From IMG/VR virus record IMGVR_UViG_3300048893_000029, positions 1 to 34,639 of that record: a stretch of DNA of 34,639 nucleotides. One strand, written 5' to 3'. The notes under the pieces are model-generated. The model saw only the letters and a program-made list of their open reading frames with translations. It had not been told where the DNA came from and ran no database searches. This DNA is from a virus. Lineage: Duplodnaviria; Caudoviricetes. How positions within the stretch are numbered: the stretch's first letter is position 1; the number at the start of each line of letters is the position of its first letter. The position numbers were made by a program, and so were the translations under genes. This document shows positions 8,389-18,584 of the stretch, piece after piece.

Positions 8389-8529
8389 TTATGCAAGTAA
8401 TAGATGAGTGAAATCTGTGAGCAAAAAATCCGTATGATCCGTTTGCAAAAAGAATCCTTCTGTTGGAGGAATTGCACTAGCTCCAGCATAAAGAAGAATC
8501 ATGATCAGCCCACCATAAGCACCCTGCAT
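8389..8529 (-). CDS. Small virion-module protein (46 aa, MQGAYGGLIMILLY...FLLTDFTHLLLA)
   Basis: Translated by hand; AAGGA SD; FxLTD repeats as seen in tail-fibre-associated peptides. Confidence 0.55.
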   Translation of the reverse strand: MQGAYGGLIMILLYAGASAIPPTEGFFLQTDHTDFLLTDFTHLLLA

Positions 8530-8543
8530 TTTAAAATCCTTTT

Positions 8544-8564
8544 AAAAAAGGGGGTTTCCCCCCT
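8544..8564 (-). terminator. Rho-independent terminator
   Basis: Minus strand AGGGGGG-AAA-CCCCCT followed by a U-tract. Confidence 0.7.
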
Positions 8565-8569
8565 AATAT

Positions 8570-9556
8570 TTATACAGTTGCAATTGTGCGGTAGTACACA
8601 TCAACAATCCAAGTACCGTCACCAGTCGTAAACGCACCAGTTAAGTTACTTAAATATATTGCAGCATTCGCACAGGTAGAGAATGGAGCACCAGTTGAAA
8701 GTCCACTTCCTAAACGGAACATTGTGCTTGCAGCAGCAAAGAAATCAGCAGCGGCTTCTGTTGAACTTGCAGCAGGGCCAGCACCATGTGCAGTTGAACC
8801 ATATTGAGCACCAACCACGCCACCAGCAGCATAAGCCGCAGATACGAACGTCATGCCTAAAGTAATTTGCTCAACTACGTTGATTTTATTAGCACCGGGT
8901 GCAGCTACTAATTGAACAGGAGTTGCATACATGCCATTCCATTGTGCAGCAGTTAAAGTAACTCGCGCATGTTGAAGCACGTTAGATACGTTAAATCCTG
9001 AATCTTGAATAGTTCCCGCAGTATCAGCAGCAGATACGAAGTTACCAGAAGTAAATCCAGAACCCGCGGTACTAGCAACATCACCAAGGGAGTTATTAGT
9101 TGCAGCTTTTGCACCAGCAGTTCCCAAAGCAGAGCTTAAAGGAGAAGATACATAAACAAATGCATCAACACCGATGTTTTGTGGAATGGGTTCAACCAGT
9201 GCGAAAGCAGCACCAGCATTCACAGTACCAGCACCAATTAAGATGAACTGGCCAGCTTTTAATTGCTCGATGTTTTGTTGGTCAAAAGCACGTTGCAAGA
9301 CTACGGTTGAAGTGATGAATTCAACAACATAAACGCCATTTTGAAGTGCGGCTGTTTGGTTTTGCAATAAAACCCTATCGCCAACTCTCAAAACCACGCT
9401 ATCAATTGTTAAAGAGCTAGCAGCAATAGTTAAAGTTGCGCCAACGCCATTGTTAGAGGGGCCATTGTTATAAGTTCCTGCTACGTTGGTTAAAGCCACC
9501 ACTCGCGCAGGGGTTAAATCGTTAAACAGTACTGTTTGTCCTAAACTTGTAGTCAT
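8570..9556 (-). CDS. Virion fibre/decoration protein
   Basis: IDSVVL.VGDRVLLQNQT....NGVYVV...QRA.D domain common in phage fibre proteins. Confidence 0.7.
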   Translation of the reverse strand: MTTSLGQTVLFNDLTPARVVALTNVAGTYNNGPSNNGVGATLTIAASSLTIDSVVLRVGDRVLLQNQTAALQNGVYVVEFITSTVVLQRAFDQQNIEQLKAGQFILIGAGTVNAGAAFALVEPIPQNIGVDAFVYVSSPLSSALGTAGAKAATNNSLGDVASTAGSGFTSGNFVSAADTAGTIQDSGFNVSNVLQHARVTLTAAQWNGMYATPVQLVAAPGANKINVVEQITLGMTFVSAAYAAGGVVGAQYGSTAHGAGPAASSTEAAADFFAAASTMFRLGSGLSTGAPFSTCANAAIYLSNLTGAFTTGDGTWIVDVYYRTIATV

Positions 9557-9603
9557 TTTAAAGTCCTTTTAAATGATTAGTAATATATTACCTTTGAAGT
9601 TAG

Positions 9604-9906
9604 CTAACTTCCCCATGCTATATTAGTTGCAGTAGTGCCGACCGAATTCACTTTAATCGAGAATATCGGATGCCATACACCCGCCGCCAATCCAACAAGA
9701 GTCTGTGTGGTACCATCCCATTTTGTATAGGATAAGTTACCTGTCACGCCAATATAAATCCAACGTGCAAATTCAACGGAGTTATTCGCTCCATAATAAG
9801 TATCAGGAGTTGCATCGCCTGTTTTTGCAACGCCGGACATTACCCTTGTTGGCCCGGTATAAGCATTCGGATCTAGGGGTGTAATAACTGATAATTGTAC
9901 GGCCAT
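9604..9906 (-). CDS. Small virion structural protein (fibre/spike base-like)
   Basis: R.IYIG..GNL......G.......L.AG..HPI....V...GTTAT.I pattern. Confidence 0.55.
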   Translation of the reverse strand: MAVQLSVITPLDPNAYTGPTRVMSGVAKTGDATPDTYYGANNSVEFARWIYIGVTGNLSYTKWDGTTQTLVGLAAGVWHPIFSIKVNSVGTTATNIAWGS

Positions 9907-9922
9907 TCTTTGGCTCCTTTAA

Positions 9923-11554
9923 TTAAAGTTTAATAAATATATTAGTGAATAAACTTGGTTGCATATTTCCATCAGCAGCCCCTTGAGTGTTCAATGTTCC
10001 ACCACCAGCAGCAGCAATATTTAAAGTAACAGCGGTTGGGCCACTTAAACTGGACTGTGACGCATTGCCACCAGCAGGGTTAACTTGTTGACCTGAGCCA
10101 ATCGCAACACTTGCCGTACTTCCAGCATGGTTATGCGAAGGCATTGCAGCATAACTAATGACTTCGCTACCAAGGAATTCACCTAATGCTCTAAATGTTA
10201 ATCCTGCGCCCGGTCCACCAGCACCGCCAAGTACTCTTCCTAATGCCCTAGGTAAAGTAAGTGTCTTTCCTGCAAGAAAGTCTGCTATTGCTGTAGCACC
10301 TCGTCCGCCAGAAACAGGTGCGAATCCATCTGCTACACCATCCCATATTGTTTTATACAATTGGAATGTATCAGCATCTGCGCGCGTTGTAGCACCTGAT
10401 CCCACATTCCCTATGCTGCCATCATTCATGACTGCCCATCCGGGTATGAAATTAGCAAACAATGTTGTTCTTATATCCCCAACTCTTGGAGTGCTGTTTA
10501 TAGAGTTGATTTGATCATAAGATTCAAATTCAAGTTCGGGATCTATAGCCCCTAAGAATAGCGCAGGTTTAGTAAACAATACATCACAGGCAACACCCAA
10601 AGGCATATCAATTTGTATGTAGAGTGCATCATCATCAGTTTGCAATCCCGGAGTACCAATCGAATTTCCTGCGACATTTGGTATAGTAAATTCTAATGGA
10701 AACCATGTCCAAGTTGATGTCAAAGAACAGGTTCCAATCAATGTTCTAGTCGATACTGATTCAGCAGTCGCACCTGTACCATTGCCATAATATTGTCGGC
10801 AATAAATATTAATGTCTACAGGTGTAGCCGTAACAGCCGCCCATACCCCAAAGGTCATGATTTGATTTGATAAATTCTTAACCTTTTGGGTTATAGGAAA
10901 TTGGAATGATTTATAGGTCTCACCAGCAGGAGTGTTTGTACATTGATAACGAACATAACTCACAGGAGTTACATCTCCAATTAATGGTGCGCTGGCTAAA
11001 GCAAATAAGGGAAAGGATAAATTGTCTACGGCATTCGTATTGTTTTTAACAAACCGGGTATCAGGGCCAACCACTCCATAAGTTCCGACTACTGGCACTT
11101 GAGCCGGGGTAAATCCTTGGTGATTAGATGGTGCGATTACTAGATTTGTAGGTAATGGCCCTGCTTGAGTACCAATATTGTCAATAAATTGATTGTTGGT
11201 AATGTAGTTTACTATAGGAATGTATGTAGTAACATCGCTACCACCACCGCCACCACTCGCAGGAAAATCGTTTGCTTGCCAAAGCAGATTGCCCTGTTTA
11301 TCGTACACTTCAACATAATATAGATCGGCCGGATTAGCACTATCTAATTTCCAATAAAACGGCCCACTCGTACCATTAAGTTCAAAAATAACAGGGTTTG
11401 GGTAAGCGAGTGTACCGCCAGCATCTTGATATACAACTTTTGGCTGTCTAGTAATAGAATCATAGGTGAACATTTGTGCGCCACCAGCGGCGAGACCATC
11501 AAGACCTACCACATACCAAATGGGGATGGCTGCTTGTATATAACTAATTGTCAT
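9923..11554 (-). CDS. Tail spike/fibre: P22-type head-binding N-terminus plus C-terminal tail-collar domain
   Basis: G..FTY...T..PK.VYQD..G....PNPVI; C-terminal GDI.....PGW....DG...LP...GRV...MPSHNH...NMQP. Confidence 0.75.
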   Translation of the reverse strand: MTISYIQAAIPIWYVVGLDGLAAGGAQMFTYDSITRQPKVVYQDAGGTLAYPNPVIFELNGTSGPFYWKLDSANPADLYYVEVYDKQGNLLWQANDFPASGGGGGSDVTTYIPIVNYITNNQFIDNIGTQAGPLPTNLVIAPSNHQGFTPAQVPVVGTYGVVGPDTRFVKNNTNAVDNLSFPLFALASAPLIGDVTPVSYVRYQCTNTPAGETYKSFQFPITQKVKNLSNQIMTFGVWAAVTATPVDINIYCRQYYGNGTGATAESVSTRTLIGTCSLTSTWTWFPLEFTIPNVAGNSIGTPGLQTDDDALYIQIDMPLGVACDVLFTKPALFLGAIDPELEFESYDQINSINSTPRVGDIRTTLFANFIPGWAVMNDGSIGNVGSGATTRADADTFQLYKTIWDGVADGFAPVSGGRGATAIADFLAGKTLTLPRALGRVLGGAGGPGAGLTFRALGEFLGSEVISYAAMPSHNHAGSTASVAIGSGQQVNPAGGNASQSSLSGPTAVTLNIAAAGGGTLNTQGAADGNMQPSLFTNIFIKL

Positions 11555-11672
11555 ATTCACATTCCTTGTGAAATTTTAATTATTTTACATTAATACTGAA
11601 TCATTTAGTATGAATGCTTGTTTTTTATTCAACTATTGTTCTATAATTACTCATTTAACCAAGAGTATAATT

Positions 11673-11756
11673 ATGCTAACTATTTTTCTCTTATGGATTG
11701 CTGCAATTTTTTGCGTATCTATAATTTTTCCAATGGTTTTAGTCTTGTTCCTCTGA
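11673..11756 (+). CDS. 27-aa membrane peptide with its own promoter (SieA-position moron)
   Basis: MLTIFLLWIAAIFCVSIIFPMVLVLFL; AT-rich insert with TTGTTT..TATAAT upstream; opposite strand to the late operon. Confidence 0.45.
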   Translation: MLTIFLLWIAAIFCVSIIFPMVLVLFL

Positions 11757-13658
11757 TGCTTTATGACCACCTATCAATGATAATTCCATTGGCTTAAGAC
11801 TGTTCACGCTTTTTTTGCTTTTAATCATTTTATTTACTAACTTTGTACGTGTCTTTTCAGATCGTAATTTTTTAGCCACTATTGGCGCACCTAACATTTT
11901 AGCACCTAAGCTAGCCGGAGACTTAGAAAGTAAAGGTAAAATGTCCATATTCATTTGACCTGTTTCTGGGTTTTGCATGAGCTTAAGGCCCTTTGTATTC
12001 ATATCTACAAGGTTAACATAATCTCTTAATGCATTTCTCAATACAGGGTTAGGGAATAAAGCTTCAAATTGTTTATTGCCTAATGAATTCTTGCTTAATA
12101 AATTTTTAAGCTTCAAAGGATTAAGGACATTATTTTCATCCATTGCACGTTGCAAATATCCATATCCTAATAAGTTACGGTCTTGTATAGGTAGCTTTTC
12201 AGTTAGTTTATTAATTAAATTCGCTCTATCTGTAGATTTTCCTGTTTTAACAAAAGATTGTATTAATGTTTCTGGATCGGCATTTCCATTGATGAATTTA
12301 TAAATCTGCTTGTCTAAGAAAGGAGAAAACTTCTTAGCATAATTTTCTTCGGCGGCTTTATAAGCTTTTTTCAAATCAGCATTACCAGACTTTTCTATCG
12401 CCCCTTCAATATCACCTTTCAAAGTTCTAGCAAGCCCACCAAAAACACCAGCTAAATGTCTATCAGATGGACTAGAAGAAGCTCCATGCTGATTAGCTAA
12501 TTGATTAAGTTTGCCTTTTAAAAGGTTCGCTTCTTCAAGTCTAGGTCTTGTAATTTTCGTTTCATTTAATAATGGCTTGCCAAATTCATCAACAATCTTT
12601 CCAGTTTTTGTTTCAGACTTCACAGGAGATTCATAACCACCAAGCTTTCTAAGTAGCCCTTGCATTTCCGGTTCATATTTCAGAATATTAGTATCTTCAA
12701 TAGCATTCTTGTGTTCTTTGACCTTCTTCGCAAATTCAGGCAAATCAAGTTCTAGCCCAGTTTTATCCGCAAGATTATTTACATTAGCGTAATGAGCATT
12801 CTTTTCGCCTTGGTGCGATTTGTACGATTCTTTTAATGCGTCATTTAAATATTTATCTAAATTCTCAATATTACTATTTCCAGCAAGTTGATCCAATAAA
12901 CCATGGCCTTTGTTGATAATTTCACCTGCATTCTTTTGCATGGATTGATTAACACCAGAGAAAGGTATTTTTGATAAAACATTTTCATTTAAGCGTTTCA
13001 GCATTGGATTGCCAATGACATCACCTAGTCCTGTTTCAGTTCCTTGAGTGATTCTTAAATTGTTCTTAAGCTCTTCGGGCGTTAGATTCCCACGTAAAAA
13101 GTTCTTAGGCTTTAATTTCCCAAGACTGCCCATAGCTTTTCCCGCGGGAAGAAGTGCCGGAGCATTTCGAACAGCACCACGAATCAATTTCTCACCAGCA
13201 TATTGAGGTTGATCGAATAATTGATTGATGGCTTCTGTTGTATCAGGAGTCACTTTATTTAAAAATTCAGGCACGGCTTTTGGAAGTAAATGCAGTCTTT
13301 TATTTGCATATTGTGCCAATCCTACGGGAATATGATTTAAAGAATTAATGGCTTCTTGGCTACCAGCCAAGGCTTGCATTGCCGCATGTGCTTTATGATT
13401 CTTGGCAATATCTAAAAGCCCCGGAACTTCTGTTTTAGCCTGTCTATAAAGTTCTGGTATCTTTTGGGCTGCATGATAAGCGCCCATTCCAACATCTTTA
13501 GCTACACGAAAAGGTGCGTAAGCCAAAGACTTAAGAAGGCTTTCATCTTCTTCTGGTTGTTGTCCTTCAACCGTCCAATCGGAAAGATCGCCTTTGGTTA
13601 CATTAGTACGTGAAGGTTTGCTTTCTTTTACCACTTCCCATCCAGAGAGATCAGACAT
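11739..13658 (-). CDS. DNA ejection protein (P22 gp16-like position)
   Basis: 639 aa, helical, third of three genes between tail hub and tailspike. Confidence 0.65.
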   Translation of the reverse strand: MSDLSGWEVVKESKPSRTNVTKGDLSDWTVEGQQPEEDESLLKSLAYAPFRVAKDVGMGAYHAAQKIPELYRQAKTEVPGLLDIAKNHKAHAAMQALAGSQEAINSLNHIPVGLAQYANKRLHLLPKAVPEFLNKVTPDTTEAINQLFDQPQYAGEKLIRGAVRNAPALLPAGKAMGSLGKLKPKNFLRGNLTPEELKNNLRITQGTETGLGDVIGNPMLKRLNENVLSKIPFSGVNQSMQKNAGEIINKGHGLLDQLAGNSNIENLDKYLNDALKESYKSHQGEKNAHYANVNNLADKTGLELDLPEFAKKVKEHKNAIEDTNILKYEPEMQGLLRKLGGYESPVKSETKTGKIVDEFGKPLLNETKITRPRLEEANLLKGKLNQLANQHGASSSPSDRHLAGVFGGLARTLKGDIEGAIEKSGNADLKKAYKAAEENYAKKFSPFLDKQIYKFINGNADPETLIQSFVKTGKSTDRANLINKLTEKLPIQDRNLLGYGYLQRAMDENNVLNPLKLKNLLSKNSLGNKQFEALFPNPVLRNALRDYVNLVDMNTKGLKLMQNPETGQMNMDILPLLSKSPASLGAKMLGAPIVAKKLRSEKTRTKLVNKMIKSKKSVNSLKPMELSLIGGHKASEEQD

Positions 13659-15012
13659 TTTTTACCCCTCTTTGTCGGGCTTCCCAAAGTGGAAGTCTAA
13701 TAGTTATGCTAGGATTTTTAGGGTCTTTTAAAGTAATCATAGGTGAAGTTAATTTTTTCACCTCTTGATCAATAGCTTTAACATCGACCATTTTGTTGGC
13801 TTTCTTTACTGCATCACCTAGATTCATGTGTTTGTTTTGCATCAAATCAAGCATGATGTCGTTTTTGCGTTCTGCAATCTCTTTCAATGATTTCAAGGCT
13901 GTCAATTTACCGCGTGCAGTATTAACCGTATCGTTCTCACTTGGCTTTAGCTGATCGGCATAATCAAATTCACGCTTCATAGATTGGCCTTTAAATGAGT
14001 TAACTGTAGCCCCTGCAAAGCTTTTAACATCGGCAATAAAGTTACCTATCATTTCTTGCTGCTCTGGAGTACCTACCTTACTCAAAGCAGTAAGTTGCAT
14101 GTCTTGATAGAAGGGAAAGTCATTGCGTAGTTCCATAAACTTAGGATCGTTAATGTCACCAACAAGCTTGTCTAAGTTAGCCCCTGTATTGCTAAGTTGC
14201 AATTGCTGTTCGCCAATGTCATTAATGACTTGCGCTCTATGTTTCCCTAGTTCTTTGCCTTCTTCTACTGTTCCTTTGTATTCACCTGTATTTTCAGCAT
14301 AGCTCTTGTTCCCTGGGTTCCCTGCATTCCCTCTTTGTCCTTCATTCAGTTCAAGCTCCATTGGAGTTTGACCAGCTTGTGGCTCTTCATCGGCATATAC
14401 TGGCTCACCTTTGGCGTTATACCATTGTTCACCTTCAAGCGTGACTCCATCTTTTGGCCTTTTCACTTGTCCTCTTGATGGCATAGCAGGAGCTTGAGGC
14501 ATAGGTTGCTGTTGTGGTGCGGGTTGTTGCATAAGAGTTTGATTTCCCATTTGTGCTAAAGGATTAGCTTGTGGGGTTTGTCCTCTACCTATTAAATTTT
14601 TGATCGCATTTTGCAAATAGCCTGAAAAATTATTGGTTGAGGGCTGGCCAATACCTGTAAATGTAGGAATGCCGTTACCTTGACCCATTTGGTTTAGAGT
14701 ATTTAATCCTGTTCCTTGACCCATTCCAGCCTGTACGGCTTTTTGCAGTGCAGCTTTTGCAGCCGGATCACCCATGTTAGCAATAGCAGAATCATTGCCT
14801 AATAACTTAGCCAAAAATTGCGGCCCCATGAGATTTGCATAGGCAAGTTTACTTGCAGCTTCGGAAGAGAGTGTGGCTGGCGTATAAGTTTTTTTAATCT
14901 GATTAATTTGGCGCAAAATATTCTCATTAGCCAATGAATTATTTGCTCTCATAGCCGCATTAAAGCCGCCTCCGGCTTCATTAGATAACATATTTACTGA
15001 TGGAATTGCCAT
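13651..15012 (-). CDS. DNA ejection protein (P22 gp20-like position)
   Basis: Q/G/A-rich flexible N-half; synteny. Confidence 0.6.
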   Translation of the reverse strand: MAIPSVNMLSNEAGGGFNAAMRANNSLANENILRQINQIKKTYTPATLSSEAASKLAYANLMGPQFLAKLLGNDSAIANMGDPAAKAALQKAVQAGMGQGTGLNTLNQMGQGNGIPTFTGIGQPSTNNFSGYLQNAIKNLIGRGQTPQANPLAQMGNQTLMQQPAPQQQPMPQAPAMPSRGQVKRPKDGVTLEGEQWYNAKGEPVYADEEPQAGQTPMELELNEGQRGNAGNPGNKSYAENTGEYKGTVEEGKELGKHRAQVINDIGEQQLQLSNTGANLDKLVGDINDPKFMELRNDFPFYQDMQLTALSKVGTPEQQEMIGNFIADVKSFAGATVNSFKGQSMKREFDYADQLKPSENDTVNTARGKLTALKSLKEIAERKNDIMLDLMQNKHMNLGDAVKKANKMVDVKAIDQEVKKLTSPMITLKDPKNPSITIRLPLWEARQRGVKNV

Positions 15013-15021
15013 TATTAATCC

Positions 15022-15627
15022 TTATAAAAAACTGCCAATCATACTTCCAACGCCGCCAGCAGTGTTCCAGAAATTATTTTGCTTGGCCGCCTCTTTATTA
15101 TAAGATTGTTCACCCATATTTTTGCCCATATTATTCATCATATCAGTCAATGCGTTTGCAGAAGTTTGACCAGTATTCATCAAATTGTTCTGTCCTTGTC
15201 CGTATTGAGTATTAATTCCCAATACATTTTGTAACCACTGGTTCATATCCTGATTAGCAATCGTTCCAGCATTTTGTTGCTGTTGTTGCATCAGCGCACT
15301 ACTTCCCATCATGCCACTGGCTGATGCTGCGTTATTACCCGCATTCATAGCTTGCTGTTGTAACTGATGAGCATAAGGGCTTTCTTGATAATCACCCATC
15401 ATCTTATTAATGAATTCAGTAGGGTTTTTTTGCTGATTTAACCAGTCTTGATATCCCTTAATGCCCTGTGTTCCTGCATCATAAAAGGGCTGTTGGGTTT
15501 GTTTTCCCTGATTAAAATAATTCTGGTATTGTTCCATGGCCTTATCATATGGCTTCCCGGAATCTCCAAAGAGACCTCCTAGAACACCACCTAAGCCACT
15601 TCCAAACATTTGTGGGTCAAAAGCCAT
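15022..15627 (-). CDS. DNA ejection/pilot protein (P22 gp7-like)
   Basis: Gly-rich hydrophobic N-terminus, QQPF..AG..G motif, Q/N-rich body. Confidence 0.7.
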   Translation of the reverse strand: MAFDPQMFGSGLGGVLGGLFGDSGKPYDKAMEQYQNYFNQGKQTQQPFYDAGTQGIKGYQDWLNQQKNPTEFINKMMGDYQESPYAHQLQQQAMNAGNNAASASGMMGSSALMQQQQQNAGTIANQDMNQWLQNVLGINTQYGQGQNNLMNTGQTSANALTDMMNNMGKNMGEQSYNKEAAKQNNFWNTAGGVGSMIGSFL

Positions 15628-15654
15628 GGTCACATTCCTTGTGCTAATTAATCT

Positions 15655-15954
15655 TTAAACAATGGTTGTCCATTGTCCAACTCCGGCAACTACTTGCCAT
15701 ATTTGTAACGCTGCCGTCCGTGGCAATGTTGGTGTATTTGAATCACTTACATAAATTGTTTGACCCTCTACAGGGTTTTGTATCAAATTTCGTTCGGCCA
15801 ATGTTATCGGTGGAAAGAAAACACCATGAGCAGATAAATATTGACGCAATGACTCTACAAAGGTAGCCATGAAATCGCCCCAAATATTGCTTAAATAAAC
15901 ATCATCCCTTACTAAGGGATCATAAGTTGGGAAGAAGTCAAAGTCACGAGCCAT
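15655..15954 (-). CDS. Small tail-module protein
   Basis: Between hub and ejection genes; T.AERN.I.NP.EG..IY motif seen in fibre proteins. Confidence 0.55.
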   Translation of the reverse strand: MARDFDFFPTYDPLVRDDVYLSNIWGDFMATFVESLRQYLSAHGVFFPPITLAERNLIQNPVEGQTIYVSDSNTPTLPRTAALQIWQVVAGVGQWTTIV

Positions 15955-15959
15955 CCTTT

Positions 15960-17774
15960 TTACTCCGGTAAAGTTTCATAATTCCAAGCCGCACCCAAGA
16001 CAATAAAGGGAATCTCACTAAAGAATTCGACTCTTGGAACAAATCCCTGTCCTCGTGGCGTGGTTCCGACTTTTCGCCATACGGTTCTATGGGTTCGCTC
16101 ACCTGTTTTGCCCATCGTTGCGTGTAAATTATTACCATAGCTTTGCCCCCCATCTTTTGAGACCGACAAATAAACGGTAGGTTGAGCATTTGGCGCATAA
16201 GGAATGGTTAAAATATTGTCCAAACCATGGTCTGGTGTGAACCCTAATGCCCCTGTAGATAACGCCCCTTGTAATAAATCAAGATGCCATCGGTCAATCC
16301 TCAATCGCTTATAACCCTTTGGAGTCATTTGACGACCTATTCTCATACGCCTGATGCGTTCACCGTTATTTGTAGTGACCTGATCACTTACGATGTAAAA
16401 TAGAGCCTTCTCATAATCTCCATAGAAATTAACACCAGCAAAATAAGCATGGGTCTGGGCGGGATGTCGATCCCCATTGATAACCTCCTCTTCATGCCAT
16501 TTAGGAGAATCAGAAGTACTCATGGACACATTAAGTACAAAAGTATGATTCGCCGCGGTAAAATTTAATCGATAAAATATCAATCCATTTTCTTTAATCA
16601 ATATGCCTCTTGCATCAGAAACACCGGGGCCAGCCGCATATTGTGCTAGCTGATAATCCAATGCCCTATTGCTTACCAAGAGTGATTCAGTACCTTTAAC
16701 TTCCATCACACCCGCAAGACCATCACGGTCTTGAGCCAAGAAGAACATTCTATCAAAACCCACGGCAACACTGGCAATAGCGGGTGTTCCAACTTCCATC
16801 AAGAGCGAATTATTGCGTCTGAATGGCAATGTGGTTCCAAGTCCTGCATTTTCCCAAACTTCACAATAGTACTGAGAAAATAAAAAGATACGTCTATGCA
16901 GCGTTTTACAAGCAACAATCGTTCCCGGATGTGAGGTAATGCTACCAAACTGCAATTGACCTGATACGGTAATAGTATTGGTCGGTGCTCCATTAGTTGT
17001 TAAATCAATCGCGGTTCCTGCGATGGCATTTGCATAACTTGTAGCCAGTTTAATCGTTCCCGGGTTAGTTGCCGGAGTACCAACCATAATCACATAATAT
17101 GTGGTGGTAGTATTTAAAGGTGCTGGCAATGTACCAGTCGTAGTAAAGGTAACTGGAACTCCTGTTTGGAAGTTCGCATTACTTGTGCTTAATGTAAGAA
17201 TATCGGTCGCACTGCTTGCTGTGAATGTCGCTGAACCACCACTCCAAACCATGCCATTGTTAATCAGTGACAAATAAAAATTATTAGTGCCGCCAGCGGC
17301 AACCAAAAAGAATCCATCGAGATAACACACATCAATGGGATCAGCGGGAAACCCGACATCAGTAATTTGCGCAAAAGTTGTAGCATTTGTATCCCATATG
17401 TAACCTAATACACCATCAACAAAAATCACCTGATACTGGTTTGCATCAATTCCTACATAACCAGCCGATGTACCAATAGCACCTATTTTTGATTTAACTA
17501 AGGAGCCAACCGTTCCCGTTATTAAAAATATCGAAGTACCAAATACTTGATAAATGGCATCTTGAAATACGAATGTAGCTCTTGAGCCACCCGTTTCAGG
17601 AGCAAATGACAAAGTAGAATCAACTAATCCAGAGGTTGATATAAGTGCCTTTGGCCTTTTGCCATTGGTATCTAAGTATTCAAATACGTTAACACTGCGT
17701 TCAGCATTAATAGTGCTGATTCTTTGGTTATCGTAGCTACCTACAAAATCATAATCTTCGCAATCACTTGCCAT
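15960..17774 (-). CDS. Tail hub / DNA stabilisation protein (P22 gp10-like)
   Basis: S.DGG.SYGN....MGK.GE...R..WR..G C-terminal motif; YLDGFF; synteny. Confidence 0.85.
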   Translation of the reverse strand: MASDCEDYDFVGSYDNQRISTINAERSVNVFEYLDTNGKRPKALISTSGLVDSTLSFAPETGGSRATFVFQDAIYQVFGTSIFLITGTVGSLVKSKIGAIGTSAGYVGIDANQYQVIFVDGVLGYIWDTNATTFAQITDVGFPADPIDVCYLDGFFLVAAGGTNNFYLSLINNGMVWSGGSATFTASSATDILTLSTSNANFQTGVPVTFTTTGTLPAPLNTTTTYYVIMVGTPATNPGTIKLATSYANAIAGTAIDLTTNGAPTNTITVSGQLQFGSITSHPGTIVACKTLHRRIFLFSQYYCEVWENAGLGTTLPFRRNNSLLMEVGTPAIASVAVGFDRMFFLAQDRDGLAGVMEVKGTESLLVSNRALDYQLAQYAAGPGVSDARGILIKENGLIFYRLNFTAANHTFVLNVSMSTSDSPKWHEEEVINGDRHPAQTHAYFAGVNFYGDYEKALFYIVSDQVTTNNGERIRRMRIGRQMTPKGYKRLRIDRWHLDLLQGALSTGALGFTPDHGLDNILTIPYAPNAQPTVYLSVSKDGGQSYGNNLHATMGKTGERTHRTVWRKVGTTPRGQGFVPRVEFFSEIPFIVLGAAWNYETLPE

Positions 17775-17776
17775 AA

Positions 17777-18514
17777 TTAATACGCCAGAATATTTTGCCA
17801 GTAGAACGGTTCTGGTCTGCTTAAGATTGCAGAAGGCCGTACTGTGACATCGGTTTCGTTAGCGTTCTTAATAGAGCTAAAATAATCGTTGTATTCATCT
17901 TCGGAAGTTTGAGGCCAATTCCCGGATGGATAATAAGATAGAAATTTTCTAGCCAAGCAATATTTCAAGAACCCGTAGTAAAAAGGTGGCAATCCAATAA
18001 GACTTTCATTTTCAATCACGCTGTCCATCATGCTCTTAACACCTAGCAAACAGGGATAGGGTTGATCGGGTGCGGGATATACCGTAATAAAGCTTTCTAA
18101 GGCTTGTTTGTCTAAAAATATAAAGCCCGGTCTCGTATTTAGAGGTAGCAGCCTTGTAACCCCATAGTATTGGGCTTTATTAATGATTTGGAGCGGATAG
18201 ATAATCCCTTGACCAGCACTTGGCACGGTATAGTTTGCAAAGGATAAATCAACAATCCTGTCTGCTCGAACATCAGGATTTGGAATAATATCCGAAATAG
18301 AATAAGTGGGCTGTGCCACAACAAAATTAAAATTTAATTCAGTCAAATAGGGAATATAAATGCTGTCTTCGGCAAATTTGGCCAATAGTTCATTAGTTAG
18401 TTCTAATCCTGAACTAAGCATAAAAGCATCTGGTGTTTCACCTACACCCAGTTCGCCAATGAGGTACAGTGAATTGATGATCAGCTGATTAACAGTCTTG
18501 ACTATTTGGGTCAT
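17777..18514 (-). CDS. Head-to-tail adaptor (P22 gp4-like)
   Basis: T...LI..SL..IG.L..GETP......GL..N.LL N-terminus; synteny. Confidence 0.75.
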   Translation of the reverse strand: MTQIVKTVNQLIINSLYLIGELGVGETPDAFMLSSGLELTNELLAKFAEDSIYIPYLTELNFNFVVAQPTYSISDIIPNPDVRADRIVDLSFANYTVPSAGQGIIYPLQIINKAQYYGVTRLLPLNTRPGFIFLDKQALESFITVYPAPDQPYPCLLGVKSMMDSVIENESLIGLPPFYYGFLKYCLARKFLSYYPSGNWPQTSEDEYNDYFSSIKNANETDVTVRPSAILSRPEPFYWQNILAY

Positions 18515-18533
18515 GGCTCATCTCCTTATGATG

Positions 18534-18577
18534 AAAAAAAGCGAGAAAATCGACACATCACATGGACGTGTCGATTG
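18534..18577 (-). terminator. Probable terminator after the coat gene cluster
   Basis: AATCGACAC...GTGTCGATT stem followed by a U-rich tract on the minus strand. Confidence 0.5.
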
Positions 18578-18584
18578 CTTCGAC

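Noticed and set aside
6692-8865. Plus-strand ORFs antisense to the fibre genes (also 10158-10514, 21556-23517, 30599-32289)
   Set aside because: Shadow frames of well-supported minus-strand genes, with no SD or recognisable motifs
6535-11554. Diversity-generating retroelement or invertible tail-fibre system
   Set aside because: No reverse transcriptase or invertase, and no near-identical template/variable repeat pair was seen
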